Of a DNA stretch of 64,000 nucleotides, positions 50,327-59,897 are shown one piece after another; positions within the stretch are counted from its first letter, which is position 1, and each line of letters opens with the position of its first letter. Made by a program: the position numbers and the translations under genes. The stretch is from Verrucomicrobiia bacterium (GTDB taxonomy: Bacteria; Verrucomicrobiota; Verrucomicrobiia; Limisphaerales; UBA1319), in assembly GCA_963664225.1 (NCBI GenBank), contig OY760937.1, forward strand, positions 5,696,001 through 5,760,000, read 5' to 3'. The notes beneath the pieces are model-generated. The model saw only the letters and a program-made list of their open reading frames with translations, was not told the origin of the DNA and did not search any database.

Positions 50327-51943
50327 TCAGGGCTCTGGCTCTGCTAATCGTGCTTCCACAAATTCAGGTTGTGGCTCTGACCTAGGCGAAGCACAATTTG
50401 AATCGTTCTCTCTGTCATTTAAATCGTTAGAAGGTTTTCCACCCTCGTTTGAATTGGCCTTGGGATCTGATCGACGTTCCGCTTTAGGCGCCTTTACAAC
50501 GGAGGATTGCGGAGCGGTCTCAGCTATCTGCGTTTCGATCCTACCCTTACTTGGGTAAAACTCGTTAATAATTTTTCTGACCAAGGGCATCGTTACGGTG
50601 GTTTCAGACTGTTTTGCCTCATCGCGCGCTAGTTTTGCAATGTTTTCAAAGGTCTTGAGGAAGCTCTCGGCCGTGAGCGCACAAAAAGCGATATCGAGTT
50701 TATCTGCCGTATCAGCGATTTCAGGCAAATAAAACTCCACGAGATTAAGGAGGTCGGACTCAGGCAGTTTATCGGGCAGGTCGAACTCCACCCAACGGCC
50801 TTTGTGTTGTTGCATCGGATAGTGGGTCACGCGTTCAAATTTGGTGACGTCGCCGTGAGTTCCATCAAACCAATCTGGCGTAACTGCTATGACGACCGGC
50901 AGATTACGGTCGAAGAGTTGTTTCCGGACCCAATCGAGCCGGGGAGGGGAGGAATCCTTTTTAGGGGAACGCGGAATCAGAAAATGGCCCTCATCGAAGA
51001 TCAGGAAAAGTCCACTTTGCTTAACTACCTCAAAAATTTGCTGCCGTAGATTTTGGTACCCTGAGACGTGCGCTGTATGAATGCCAAGTGCTTCTGCGAC
51101 CGCGATCAAGAAGCCAAGCATGTCGTTAGAATCAGGTACAGTTATCAATCTAGCCCTCCCAGGCCACATTAAGGAATATGCTTCGAGACTTTCCGACTTT
51201 CCAAATCTGGATCCACCGCGCAACAATATCATCATGTTCGTGCGGAAGGCGATGCCGAGTATTCGGAAAACCTGCTTAGTCACGACCGTCATGACGACAC
51301 GACTCTGTTTGATCTTGTCAGCTCGGCAGTCCATGAATTTAAGGATGGCCTCAATTGCATTTTCAAAATACCACGGTCCATCGCAGTCCGGCAAATTGCT
51401 GTTGCTTTCAAATCCTTGGTCAAAATCCAAACATAATGCAGCCAGGTATTCTGGAAGTATTTCTAAGGCGACGTCTCTGCATGCGTTTCGAAAATATTCG
51501 AAGTCCATGTGGCTCGTTGCCATTTCAAGTAGTTCCCGGGGAAACAATGCCCAACTGCTCAGATGATCCATGGAGGCTTGATTATTAAAAAAGACCATTC
51601 CGGTGTCCGGATTGACGATCGACGGTCGCGCCCACTGCGCCATCTCGCTCCAGACTTGCATTCGCTCGTCAACGCCCCAATTCCGCTTGCCAAATTGGCG
51701 CATGCTAACAGTGCCGATTCTATCATAATAATCCCGAACTAAATCTGCGGAAAGCAATTTCAAACCGCCTGTCTCCATGGACATCCCTTGTATAGACCAG
51801 AGCAATTCAAGCAGACGCGGATTCGCCTGCATCTGCCTGTACAATTTTGGAGACTTGTAAGATCTTATCGCAGCAACTTTTTGGGCTAATTGTAATGGGT
51901 CGATGCTTGTGGCGACTGCAGTCTCTATCAGTAGATTTCGCAT
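50327..51943 (-). CDS. MuB/TnsC-like AAA+ ATPase with N-terminal extension
   Basis: Walker A GGSRFGKS and Walker B LIFDEGH. Downstream of the transposase. Confidence 0.72.
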   Translation of the reverse strand: MRNLLIETAVATSIDPLQLAQKVAAIRSYKSPKLYRQMQANPRLLELLWSIQGMSMETGGLKLLSADLVRDYYDRIGTVSMRQFGKRNWGVDERMQVWSEMAQWARPSIVNPDTGMVFFNNQASMDHLSSWALFPRELLEMATSHMDFEYFRNACRDVALEILPEYLAALCLDFDQGFESNSNLPDCDGPWYFENAIEAILKFMDCRADKIKQSRVVMTVVTKQVFRILGIAFRTNMMILLRGGSRFGKSESLEAYSLMWPGRARLITVPDSNDMLGFLIAVAEALGIHTAHVSGYQNLRQQIFEVVKQSGLFLIFDEGHFLIPRSPKKDSSPPRLDWVRKQLFDRNLPVVIAVTPDWFDGTHGDVTKFERVTHYPMQQHKGRWVEFDLPDKLPESDLLNLVEFYLPEIADTADKLDIAFCALTAESFLKTFENIAKLARDEAKQSETTVTMPLVRKIINEFYPSKGRIETQIAETAPQSSVVKAPKAERRSDPKANSNEGGKPSNDLNDRENDSNCASPRSEPQPEFVEARLAEPEP

Positions 51944-52055
51944 ACACCCAATCTTTAACGGGACGATTCACTCAAACTATTATTTCCGAAGTGGCATTAG
52001 AAGGTAACGATCGGGATAGATAGAACCTGTCAAACTGCAGATCGTTTGTGGTTCC

Positions 52056-54563
52056 TTAAGTGTTTTCCAAACCATGTTGCGATTCAGATTTCGTTTGGCG
52101 CAGTTTGTCAGCTTTCTTGCGCATGTCGATCGCTTGTTCTGCACGGGATGGGTACCGCTTAACAGTTTCTTGTGGAACATGTGCCTTCGTAGCTTCGGTT
52201 TGCAACTTGCGTAAGCGGTTATCGGCCTCCTTCTTTTCGTTATTGAATATTTCATTCTCTCGGTTGTGGAATTCCCCAAACTTCTTCTCTTCCTCAGTAT
52301 ATTCCGCGTCTCGGACAACAGTGGAAATTACCTCCGGTTTCAATTCGCTGAAGATTCCCTTTGCGTAAGCTCTGTGTGCTTTTTTAAGTTGTCTGATGGC
52401 ATCAAGCTGCTCTGGCAAAGCAGTCATCGCGGAGGCTTCAACCTCTTGCACAGAAAAGTATTCCTTGTGCTGCCTGTCATAAACCGTGAGTAATTCTGGT
52501 AGTTCGATATTGTAAAATGCCAAAACTGGTCTCCCGATAATTCGACCCGTGTGCCCGTTGTAATAGAGATGTGGAATTCCTCGAACCTTTATCAATATCC
52601 CCTCTTGCCGCACAGTGACGTATTTTCGGTGAGTGGAGAGAATGTAGCGAGCCTCATTAGGCAGCTTTTTGAGAGTGCTCGTCCGGAATTCATTAGCCCA
52701 TGCCTCAGATGGTGAATATCCATCGAGCATTTTACCGTTTTGGGGATCGCGGGCGAAATCATTGAGCACTGACGTAATTCTGCTTACCCAATCTGTCATG
52801 GTCGGGAATTGCATCACCGCATCAAGCTCCCCTCTGCGGGCTCTTGCAAGAAGGTCCTGCATCCTTTCATAACAATCGGTCTGTTCGTTAAAACCAACAA
52901 AACCAGGGATGGCCTTCATCTTGTTTTGCAGGATGAGTAACAGGCCCTCGATTGGTTTGGCGCGTGGTGTTGTTGCGTGGCGCACTTCAAGTTGCATTCC
53001 AACGCCACGAAGTCCACTTTCAGTTTCACGCCAGGGAACGGGCATCCCGCGGCGTCGATCACCGCTGACCAAGCGCGAGGCCCAGACTCCTTGCTCAAAA
53101 TAATAACCCATGCGCGGTAGTCCGACCTTATCGTGGACCTTCAGGGCAAGATTCCGAATGTGTTCGCCATTGTATTTTCCCGGAATCAGCAGGAACTCAA
53201 GGGGATAGCCGGTGCGCAGGTCGTTCATCAGAAGACATTCACCCCTCATAATTCCCCATCCTCCGTCTGCCAATCGCACCCGGAAATAGTGATTCCAAGT
53301 CACATCGTCCGCACAAAACCAATCTCCAGGTCTGACGCCAGACCAATCTCGCGGGGTATAGGGACCTCGCATCGTGGCCTCCCACGGGCCGTGCAGGAGT
53401 GGCAAGCACATCTCAACATCGGGAGTAATTTTATCCCTCACGGACAGCGGCACATTGCTCTTGTCATCGCGCGGAGCGAATCTATATCGCTTGCAGAATT
53501 CATCGCTCAATTCTCCGCGCTCGCGGAGTTCCCGGTACGCAAGCGATTCATTCCCGCTCAGTTCGATGGCACGGTTCCGGATCTTCTTGAGATCTGCTGT
53601 GAAATCTGATTTGCAGAAGTTACCGGACGTTAGGCAACGCCGATCCTGCAGAGCTTCCGGATTGCGATTGCCCTCTCGCCACTGAATAATTTTCTCTTCA
53701 AATCGCCGCCTGAGGCTCTTGGCTGAGCCGCACAGCGTGCCAGGCGGAAATGCTTTTGACAGGTAGCACAGCAAAGATGCCTTGATACGGTGCCGTTTGC
53801 GATTGCCTTTTGGCGAATCCGTGAGTGCATCGCTTAGTTTCTCATAGTGCCTGAATACGGCGCTCCACAAGTATTTCTTTTCCTCTGGTGTGGGTTTTTG
53901 ACGGTCCTCAGTCGACTCGATTATTTCATCGAGATCTCTATGAATGTACTCCATCTCACGAACGAGCCGCGACGACTTCTGGGTATAAAAAGCCCGATCG
54001 TCAAGGTATATCTCCGGTGCTATCCAATTTTCCGCCCCGCCATCCCGGTCGATTGAGCGATCGATCAACCGCCGCCAGTGTCGATTGGAAATTGTGTAAC
54101 CCATATGCTTTTGGAAATTCTCCAAGCCGAGTTGCTCAATCTGACTCGCGGGAGCGGTCGAGGCATACCAACCGTTTAATGTTGGTGCCAAGGCCTTCTG
54201 GAGTTTTAGCGCTTTCTCCCGCCAGAACGGTTGCAATTGGGCCCACGCCACTGGTGGAACCCACGGCTCTCTCGGCATGCTCGCAATGTATCGAATTCCA
54301 TCCTCATATTTGCGTTCTACCCCTCGACGCGTCACCCGCAATTGCCAGTCCAATGGAAGCGTTTGAAAGGCCCAAGCCGCTGTTTCCTTTCCTTGGACCG
54401 TGACATTTTTGGTTGGGACGACACGCTCCAAGCCGTAATAGACTGCGCGTCGGGTTATGCCTGTTGCGCGAGAAATCTGCACGACAGTGAACAAATTGTA
54501 GGCCTCAGCTGGTTCGCTCATTTTCTTTTTTGGACTGTGTATGGCCCCGATCCGGGCGTTCAT
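52056..54563 (-). CDS. MuA/TnsB-like DDE transposase
   Basis: N-terminal HTH (TVVQISRATGITRRAV), PGDWFCADD, DLRTGYP, PRAKPIEG, and a C-terminal TVRQEGI beta-barrel-like segment. Confidence 0.78.
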   Translation of the reverse strand: MNARIGAIHSPKKKMSEPAEAYNLFTVVQISRATGITRRAVYYGLERVVPTKNVTVQGKETAAWAFQTLPLDWQLRVTRRGVERKYEDGIRYIASMPREPWVPPVAWAQLQPFWREKALKLQKALAPTLNGWYASTAPASQIEQLGLENFQKHMGYTISNRHWRRLIDRSIDRDGGAENWIAPEIYLDDRAFYTQKSSRLVREMEYIHRDLDEIIESTEDRQKPTPEEKKYLWSAVFRHYEKLSDALTDSPKGNRKRHRIKASLLCYLSKAFPPGTLCGSAKSLRRRFEEKIIQWREGNRNPEALQDRRCLTSGNFCKSDFTADLKKIRNRAIELSGNESLAYRELRERGELSDEFCKRYRFAPRDDKSNVPLSVRDKITPDVEMCLPLLHGPWEATMRGPYTPRDWSGVRPGDWFCADDVTWNHYFRVRLADGGWGIMRGECLLMNDLRTGYPLEFLLIPGKYNGEHIRNLALKVHDKVGLPRMGYYFEQGVWASRLVSGDRRRGMPVPWRETESGLRGVGMQLEVRHATTPRAKPIEGLLLILQNKMKAIPGFVGFNEQTDCYERMQDLLARARRGELDAVMQFPTMTDWVSRITSVLNDFARDPQNGKMLDGYSPSEAWANEFRTSTLKKLPNEARYILSTHRKYVTVRQEGILIKVRGIPHLYYNGHTGRIIGRPVLAFYNIELPELLTVYDRQHKEYFSVQEVEASAMTALPEQLDAIRQLKKAHRAYAKGIFSELKPEVISTVVRDAEYTEEEKKFGEFHNRENEIFNNEKKEADNRLRKLQTEATKAHVPQETVKRYPSRAEQAIDMRKKADKLRQTKSESQHGLENT

Positions 54564-55048
54564 TTGATTCTAATTGAGCAGATTGGAGGGTCGGCGCGCG
54601 ATCCCCGATTTCTGCCGCGTCCAGACAAGATAATCCAATTCTTGTGTCATTTGGTATATGATGCACATAAAACGATGATGGGAGCCCACAACAGTTCCAG
54701 CAGTTCACCACGCGCTGGAAGAGGGTCGCGATGGATCGTTGGGTCGCAATCTTTTAAAGATTGCTGCATCTTTAAGTGGCTTTTTCTGGTTCATGATTAC
54801 ATTGGCAGCTTCCGTCGGCTGTTTGCCCTGCGATGAAATACGCCGTCGATTGAGGGGTGCCGGGTCAGCTTTGCTTGTATGGGCGCGACTGCGTGGAGCC
54901 GACATAAATCTCCGAAAACTGCGCAAATTGAGCCGCGCGGGAAATCATGCCACCGAGTTGGCGAATCCCCTTCGGGGCGTTTCGGCTTTGCTTCCATATG
55001 GCGGATGTGGTATGGTATAATGCAATAGATACAGCGAAATACAAAATA

Positions 55049-55441
55049 ATGCAAATTAAAAATGACTTTTTTCAAACGATTCGGCTGTTAAGGGTTCAGC
55101 GAGGGTTGTCGCAAGTCGAATTCGCTCGTTTTTTGGGCGTTACCCCGGCTGCGGTATGCAATTGGGAAAAGGGGCTCAGTAGCCCAGCCGAAAAACGGCT
55201 GGCGGCGATTGCTCAAAAATTGGGAGTGCCCGTCGAGTCGCTGCTTTCCATGTCGGTCGGTAACGGTCCGGGGAAAGTTCAGGAGATTCCACCGTGTTCT
55301 TCGCCGTTCCTGATTGCGTCAACCGTCGATGACCGGGGCAAGCGCCAAAAGCAGGCGCGCATGCTGGAGAAATTACTCACTCAGTTCACGGGCCTTGAAT
55401 TTCGGATCGATAATCCCGCGATTGGATCAGGGAAACGGTGA
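55049..55441 (+). CDS. XRE-family HTH repressor
   Basis: IRLLRVQRGLSQVEFARFLGVTPAAVCNWEKG...P...IAQKLGV. Divergent from the transposase. Confidence 0.85.
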   Translation: MQIKNDFFQTIRLLRVQRGLSQVEFARFLGVTPAAVCNWEKGLSSPAEKRLAAIAQKLGVPVESLLSMSVGNGPGKVQEIPPCSSPFLIASTVDDRGKRQKQARMLEKLLTQFTGLEFRIDNPAIGSGKR

Positions 55442-56052
55442 CCCAGGCAAACGATCACTTTCGTTGATTGTGGGAATTCCTTTTCCACAACGAGACCCGC
55501 TGGTTTCGTCCTCCCTTTCAGCATCATCAGGGCTGCTTTAACCCGGGCTGGTGAATGTTCTGGGCCCAGAGGGATTGTGGAAAACGGATGGATCTGAGAC
55601 GGCTGAGAGACGTTGGCCGTGATGAGGAATGTGGTGATTGCTCTTCTGTTGGTGTGGCCGATGATGTGAAACTTCGGTAACGTTTCAATGCGTGATAACG
55701 CGCATATTCGCGAATCCTGGATTATTCATCGATCGCCTTCTGGTCGCAAAGTCGTTGTTCTTCTTGCGCCTTTTTGGTTAATTCATCTTCTTTCATAAGT
55801 TCTTGTTTGGCATAACAATACAGCGTGATTACATGTGTGGTTTCCAGTAGAAAATGTGGTAGCGCAAGTGGTTCCACAGTGGTGTGTGGGCCGAATTTCT
55901 GAGCCACCGCCCTAAGAGTGGACAATCCGACGCCATGTTCAGAAGCAACGGCACGCCGTGTCAATTCACTCTGGTGATAGCGAAGGATCCGTTGGGCACG
56001 TTGTTCACATGTGGTTTGCGGAAATCGATTTGAGGATCCAGTTCTGTGGTTC

Positions 56053-56115
56053 ACGCCCCCCATTTAACCACTTCAGCCTGATCGTTGCCTATTAGCCACT
56101 TGGTCTGGCGGATAC
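56053..56115. repeat. Copy 1 of a ~63-bp imperfect direct repeat (copy 2 at 57726-57787)
   Basis: Shared exact core ATTTAACCACTTCAGCCTGA and end CGGATAC. Confidence 0.8.
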
Positions 56116-56478
56116 GTTGTATGTGTCCACACACATGCCGCAACGTCACCCCTGCACGCAGCCGCATATTGACCGAGGCGCTAGAGTGGTGGATTATATT
56201 TTCATGCGCGAAAAAACGCCTAACGGAAAAAGAACAGGTTCTGAAATTCATTTCATAGAATCAGAAACTGGCTGGTTTCTCAGGTCATATCTCAAAGGAA
56301 ACGGCAGCTTACGAGCCTGATAGAATGCCAAGGGTTTGTGTTTAATAAAGACTCACCTTATCTTGGATTTGTGGTAGTTGTCAAATCTACCCATCAACAC
56401 ATTCAGCACTTGTGCAAAATAATCGATATTGCATAATATTTCAACCGCCCAAAGCAGCGCATCAGGAATATCTCTCGT

Positions 56479-56607
56479 GCTGATTTGCAGGAAGTGTATG
56501 ACACTGAGCGGCACCTGCTCTACGTTGCCTGTACCCGGGCAAGAGACCATTTGCTGGTCACGAGCGTTGAGCCTCCGTCAGGATTTCTCGATGACATGCG
56601 GACGTGA
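56479..56607 (+). pseudogene. C-terminal fragment of a UvrD-like SF1 helicase
   Basis: Translates as ADLQEVYDTERHLLYVACTRARDHLLVTSVEPPSGFLDDMRT* (helicase motif VI), with no upstream body. Confidence 0.75.
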
Positions 56608-57391
56608 TCAGGTCGTTGGAGCCGGTGGAATCTGCATAACCCGGGTTGAATCGAATCAGCTGTCAGCGCCACACCACAAACACAGGAAGCAAAAACAAGA
56701 GGCAGAAGGGATTCGGCTTCGGAAGTCCACTGCCCTATTATGCGTTTTTTTGTGCCGGAATTGGGGATGCACCATTTCCAATAAAATAGCACGTGCCTTC
56801 CCAACTTGCGCTCTTCAATATTGCCTCGGCATTGGTCCGGTTTGGGATGATCACCGAAATGGGAATCTGGAGATCAAATGGAACTGATGGCACGTCGAAC
56901 TTCAGGAAGCATGTGCCGCCCCACTCTGATTGGAGTGCAGGATTTTCGGCGGGCAGAGTCTATAGGATCATACGGACATCTTGAGCAACGCCGCCTTGAG
57001 GCATAATTTGGGCGTCAAGTTCCTCGACCAAAACATTGAAGCTGAGTCATGGTTGAGGCCATTCCTTGGTAGTTTTTTCCCAGTTCTTGTCGATCTGTGC
57101 GGCAATCCTTTTCAACCAATGACGGACAAGCGCAGGAAGCTTCAGATTTGCCATGTGCCTTTTGATCGCATAGCTATGTCCGTCGTCACCGATACGCCCC
57201 GGAGCGCGGTCGTATCTATAATTGCTCATTACTCCCTGATTTCCCTCGTCTGGCCCCCATCTGTAGGGGACCTATGACTATTTGGACAAGGTTGGTCCAT
57301 AAATAAATATGCGCGTCGAAGTTCAAACCGTCGGAAACGCGTATTCAGCGATAAATCCCCCTGTCGCGCCTCGAGCGGTGCAGTTGTGGTG

Positions 57392-57570
57392 GATGAAACC
57401 TATCCCATGCTCACAAAAAGGGCCAAAAAGTAGGCGTCCGTGATTCTTTTTATGGATGATGCCGGGTTCCAGTCTGATCCGCCTCAGGGACAGACCCATG
57501 GATTGAAGGAGAAACCCCGATCGACAAGACCTCGGATCAACGACTACGTGGACAGTTTGCAGGGGAGATT
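57392..57570 (+). pseudogene. IS630-family transposase remnant
   Basis: ETYPMLTKRAKK*ASVILFMDDAGFQSDPPQGQTHGLK resembles the IS630 F.DEAG..SD...G.T.G.KG block. Internal stop and deletions. Confidence 0.55.
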
Positions 57571-57571
57571 C

Positions 57572-57631
57572 GTCCCCGGAGTGAAAAAATGGCGGCTACG
57601 ACTTTCAAAAAAATAAGTCTATAATTAGGAA
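57572..57631. repeat. Copy 1 of a ~60-bp degenerate direct repeat (copy 2 at 62666-62729)
   Basis: GTCCCCGGAGTGAAAAAATGGC...ATAAGTCTATAATTAGGAA. Confidence 0.65.
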
Positions 57632-57725
57632 TGATATGTGAATGAAAGAACGATTGTAAAATGCAACATGCACATATAATTGGTTAGAATCATATGACCT
57701 AAGAAGAATGATTGTCGTTGAACAA

Positions 57726-57787
57726 ACGCCCCCAATTTAACCACTTCAGCCTGACCATTACCTATTGCCGCATCTCCTGACGGATAC
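57726..57787. repeat. Copy 2 of the ~63-bp direct repeat
   Basis: Matches 56053-56115 at about 52 of 63 positions. Abuts the metallopeptidase stop codon. Confidence 0.8.
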
Positions 57788-57788
57788 A

Positions 57789-58625
57789 CTAAATTGTCCG
57801 TGGTTCTAATAATGTGAGAACACCTCGGCTCCGCAGGCGAATAGCCGATTCCATGAATATTTCGTCAAATTGGCTGCCTTCGGCGACACCTGTAAACCAG
57901 GCGCTGGCAACCGTTCCGTTCTGATGCACCCTTCCCAACGTCAGGGTGTTATCAAGCATCGCTAGGCCCGTGGCTGAATCAGCGGGTATCACTTCATTGG
58001 TCAACTTCTTAACCCATTGATACCCTCGTGACTTCAGTTCTGGGGAAATATCCCACCAGGGTTTGCCAGCATCGCGAAACATAACTATGGCACAGGGTGT
58101 TTTGCTTATGGCGGTGAAACGCAGAGCTGCACTCTGAATGGAAACGCTAAACGTGCTGGCAATATCGACTATGCCTCGCAGCCCAGGTGAAACCTCCGTC
58201 AGTGCTTTGCGGAATTCCTGGCCAGGCATCAGAAGATTTGCAGAGAAGAGATTTGCCTCCACCTCTATAGGACTGTCCGCTGGATGTTCCGTAAAGGAAA
58301 AATGCGGTGGCAGGCCTGCCAAGAGTGCATTGCGGTGTTCATCGATGAAAAGGTGGCCCAGTTCGTGGGCAACTGTAAAACGAGCCCGAGGAGAGTTACA
58401 GGGCTGTCCCCGGGTCGTGTTGCAGTATATGTGAAATTTGGAACTTCTATGTTCCAACAACCCGTCAAAGGCGTTTCCATAGTCGCCATAAGAGAGGGTT
58501 ACACCAGATGCATTGACAATTGCATCCAAAAAAACTTGACGTTCTCTGGAATGGGTTTGCCAAACGTCCTCTGCCAACTCCGAGATGAATATATGACGTT
58601 CCCGAGGTAGGTCAATAAGCGCCAT
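57789..58625 (-). CDS. ImmA/IrrE (CapP-like) zinc metallopeptidase
   Basis: RARFTVAHELGH, EVEANLFSANLLMP, FSVS..SAALR and a C-terminal GAF-like region. Start MALIDL overlaps the upstream stop. Confidence 0.9.
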   Translation of the reverse strand: MALIDLPRERHIFISELAEDVWQTHSRERQVFLDAIVNASGVTLSYGDYGNAFDGLLEHRSSKFHIYCNTTRGQPCNSPRARFTVAHELGHLFIDEHRNALLAGLPPHFSFTEHPADSPIEVEANLFSANLLMPGQEFRKALTEVSPGLRGIVDIASTFSVSIQSAALRFTAISKTPCAIVMFRDAGKPWWDISPELKSRGYQWVKKLTNEVIPADSATGLAMLDNTLTLGRVHQNGTVASAWFTGVAEGSQFDEIFMESAIRLRSRGVLTLLEPRTI

Positions 58626-59013
58626 TGTTGATTTGTTCCTTTGCCCTGGCCCGATCCGCATCCATACGCTTACGGATTTCCTCGGTAATTTCGCCGCCGT
58701 TCCTAGCGGCCATGGCGAGTTTTTCGAGATCCTGCTCAACTTGAAGTGAACTAATTTTAGAACCAATTCTCGTCGTGGTCGGAAATTCCACAATATTCTC
58801 CTCGCTCTGGCGCAGGAGTTGGCGAAACTTCTCGGTGTCCGGGGTTGGGACTCCATTCATGTCTATGCTAGCCTTCAGTGAGGCGACATCTTCCGTGATA
58901 CGCGGAAAGAGATAACCATCATCCCGAAGTGCAGCATACACAGCTGCTTCGAACTCAGCGTCCGAAAGCTCTTTCGGCTGTTCACTATTCGAGTGGGTCT
59001 TCATATGTTGCAT
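58612..59013 (-). CDS. Small hypothetical protein, putative anti-sigma and peptidase substrate
   Basis: 133 aa between the sigma factor and the peptidase, overlapping the peptidase start. Contains GYLFP.T..DV and LAMAARNG. Confidence 0.65.
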   Translation of the reverse strand: MQHMKTHSNSEQPKELSDAEFEAAVYAALRDDGYLFPRITEDVASLKASIDMNGVPTPDTEKFRQLLRQSEENIVEFPTTTRIGSKISSLQVEQDLEKLAMAARNGGEITEEIRKRMDADRARAKEQINNGAY

Positions 59014-59034
59014 TATGTTAAATTATTTATGTTA

Positions 59035-59745
59035 TTAAGCGTGTGTTTGGATGAATGCTTTAGCTTGGTCTCTAAGACGCTTGCGACGAACCCGAAGACT
59101 GGACTCGGTTAATCCGTATTCTCTACAAATGCCCTCACGGATATCGTCATCAATTACCGATTCCCCATTTTCGGGATCCCAGAACTCAGCTGTGACCGTC
59201 AGAATTTCCCGGTCCTTTGGAGACAAAGTTTCCAGGAATCTTAGAACCGCAGCTTTTCGGCTGGTCGGGACTTGCTCTGCCGTCGCCTGACGTTTCTCCT
59301 CTATATTTTCCAGCCACTCGGTGTCCTCGTCCGAGCACCGCACGGCTGGACGTCTATTTTCCGCACGCAGGCTGTCCAAAAACAGGTTTTTCATTATCCG
59401 GAACAACCAAGCCAGCACTTGTGCGGTGCTCTGGCTTGGATCGGTGCACACAAAATGTTCGGCCTCCCGGTAAGCCTTAAGAAACGCAGCGTTCACAAAA
59501 CTCTCTGCCGATTCCCCGAATGTCTCTTGGCGGTATTTGATGCACCAAGCCAGCAAAAAGCGGGCATGGCGCCGGTGTAGCTCTTCACAAGCCTTAAGGG
59601 CCAATTCCTCATCGGTGTCCTTAAATGCCATGTACGTGACCAGTCCGTCGTCAGACTCGCGCTCGAGTTCGGGGTGAGAGCAAGTCACCAATCCGGTGAC
59701 GGGTTCCGGTTCTTCCAATATGTTGTTTTGGGCGACGTCTTCCAT
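59035..59745 (-). CDS. ECF-like sigma-70 family factor
   Basis: Region 2-like ACEELHRRH...AFLKAY...AWLFRIMKNLFLDSLR. Region 4-like LETLSPKDREIL...ICREYGLTESSLRVRRKRL. Confidence 0.8.
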   Translation of the reverse strand: MEDVAQNNILEEPEPVTGLVTCSHPELERESDDGLVTYMAFKDTDEELALKACEELHRRHARFLLAWCIKYRQETFGESAESFVNAAFLKAYREAEHFVCTDPSQSTAQVLAWLFRIMKNLFLDSLRAENRRPAVRCSDEDTEWLENIEEKRQATAEQVPTSRKAAVLRFLETLSPKDREILTVTAEFWDPENGESVIDDDIREGICREYGLTESSLRVRRKRLRDQAKAFIQTHA

Positions 59746-59897
59746 CAAGATTATAACGTTTGGCCGTTACATTGTGCTTATATGGTCATTACTTCTTCTC
59801 TTATACGTCACCTCCTGAGCCATGAAACGCTAAATCGTTATGACGGTGAAGGAGGAGCAAAGAGCTTCCGAGACAACCTAACGAAAGACCAAATATT

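Larger units (their letters stand above)
49935..55441. mobile_element. Mu-like/TnsBC-like transposition module (ends not defined)
   Basis: Transposase plus AAA ATPase with a divergent XRE gene and an adjacent repeat array, directly after lepB. Confidence 0.6.

Noticed and set aside
55481..55584. Inverted TTTTCCACA / TGTGGAAAA DnaA-like boxes as an element origin
   Set aside because: Only two boxes, with no AT-rich unwinding region or rep gene.
58626..58856. N-terminal extension of the metallopeptidase ORF
   Set aside because: It overlaps the small upstream gene and has no HTH, so this is not an HTH-peptidase fusion.
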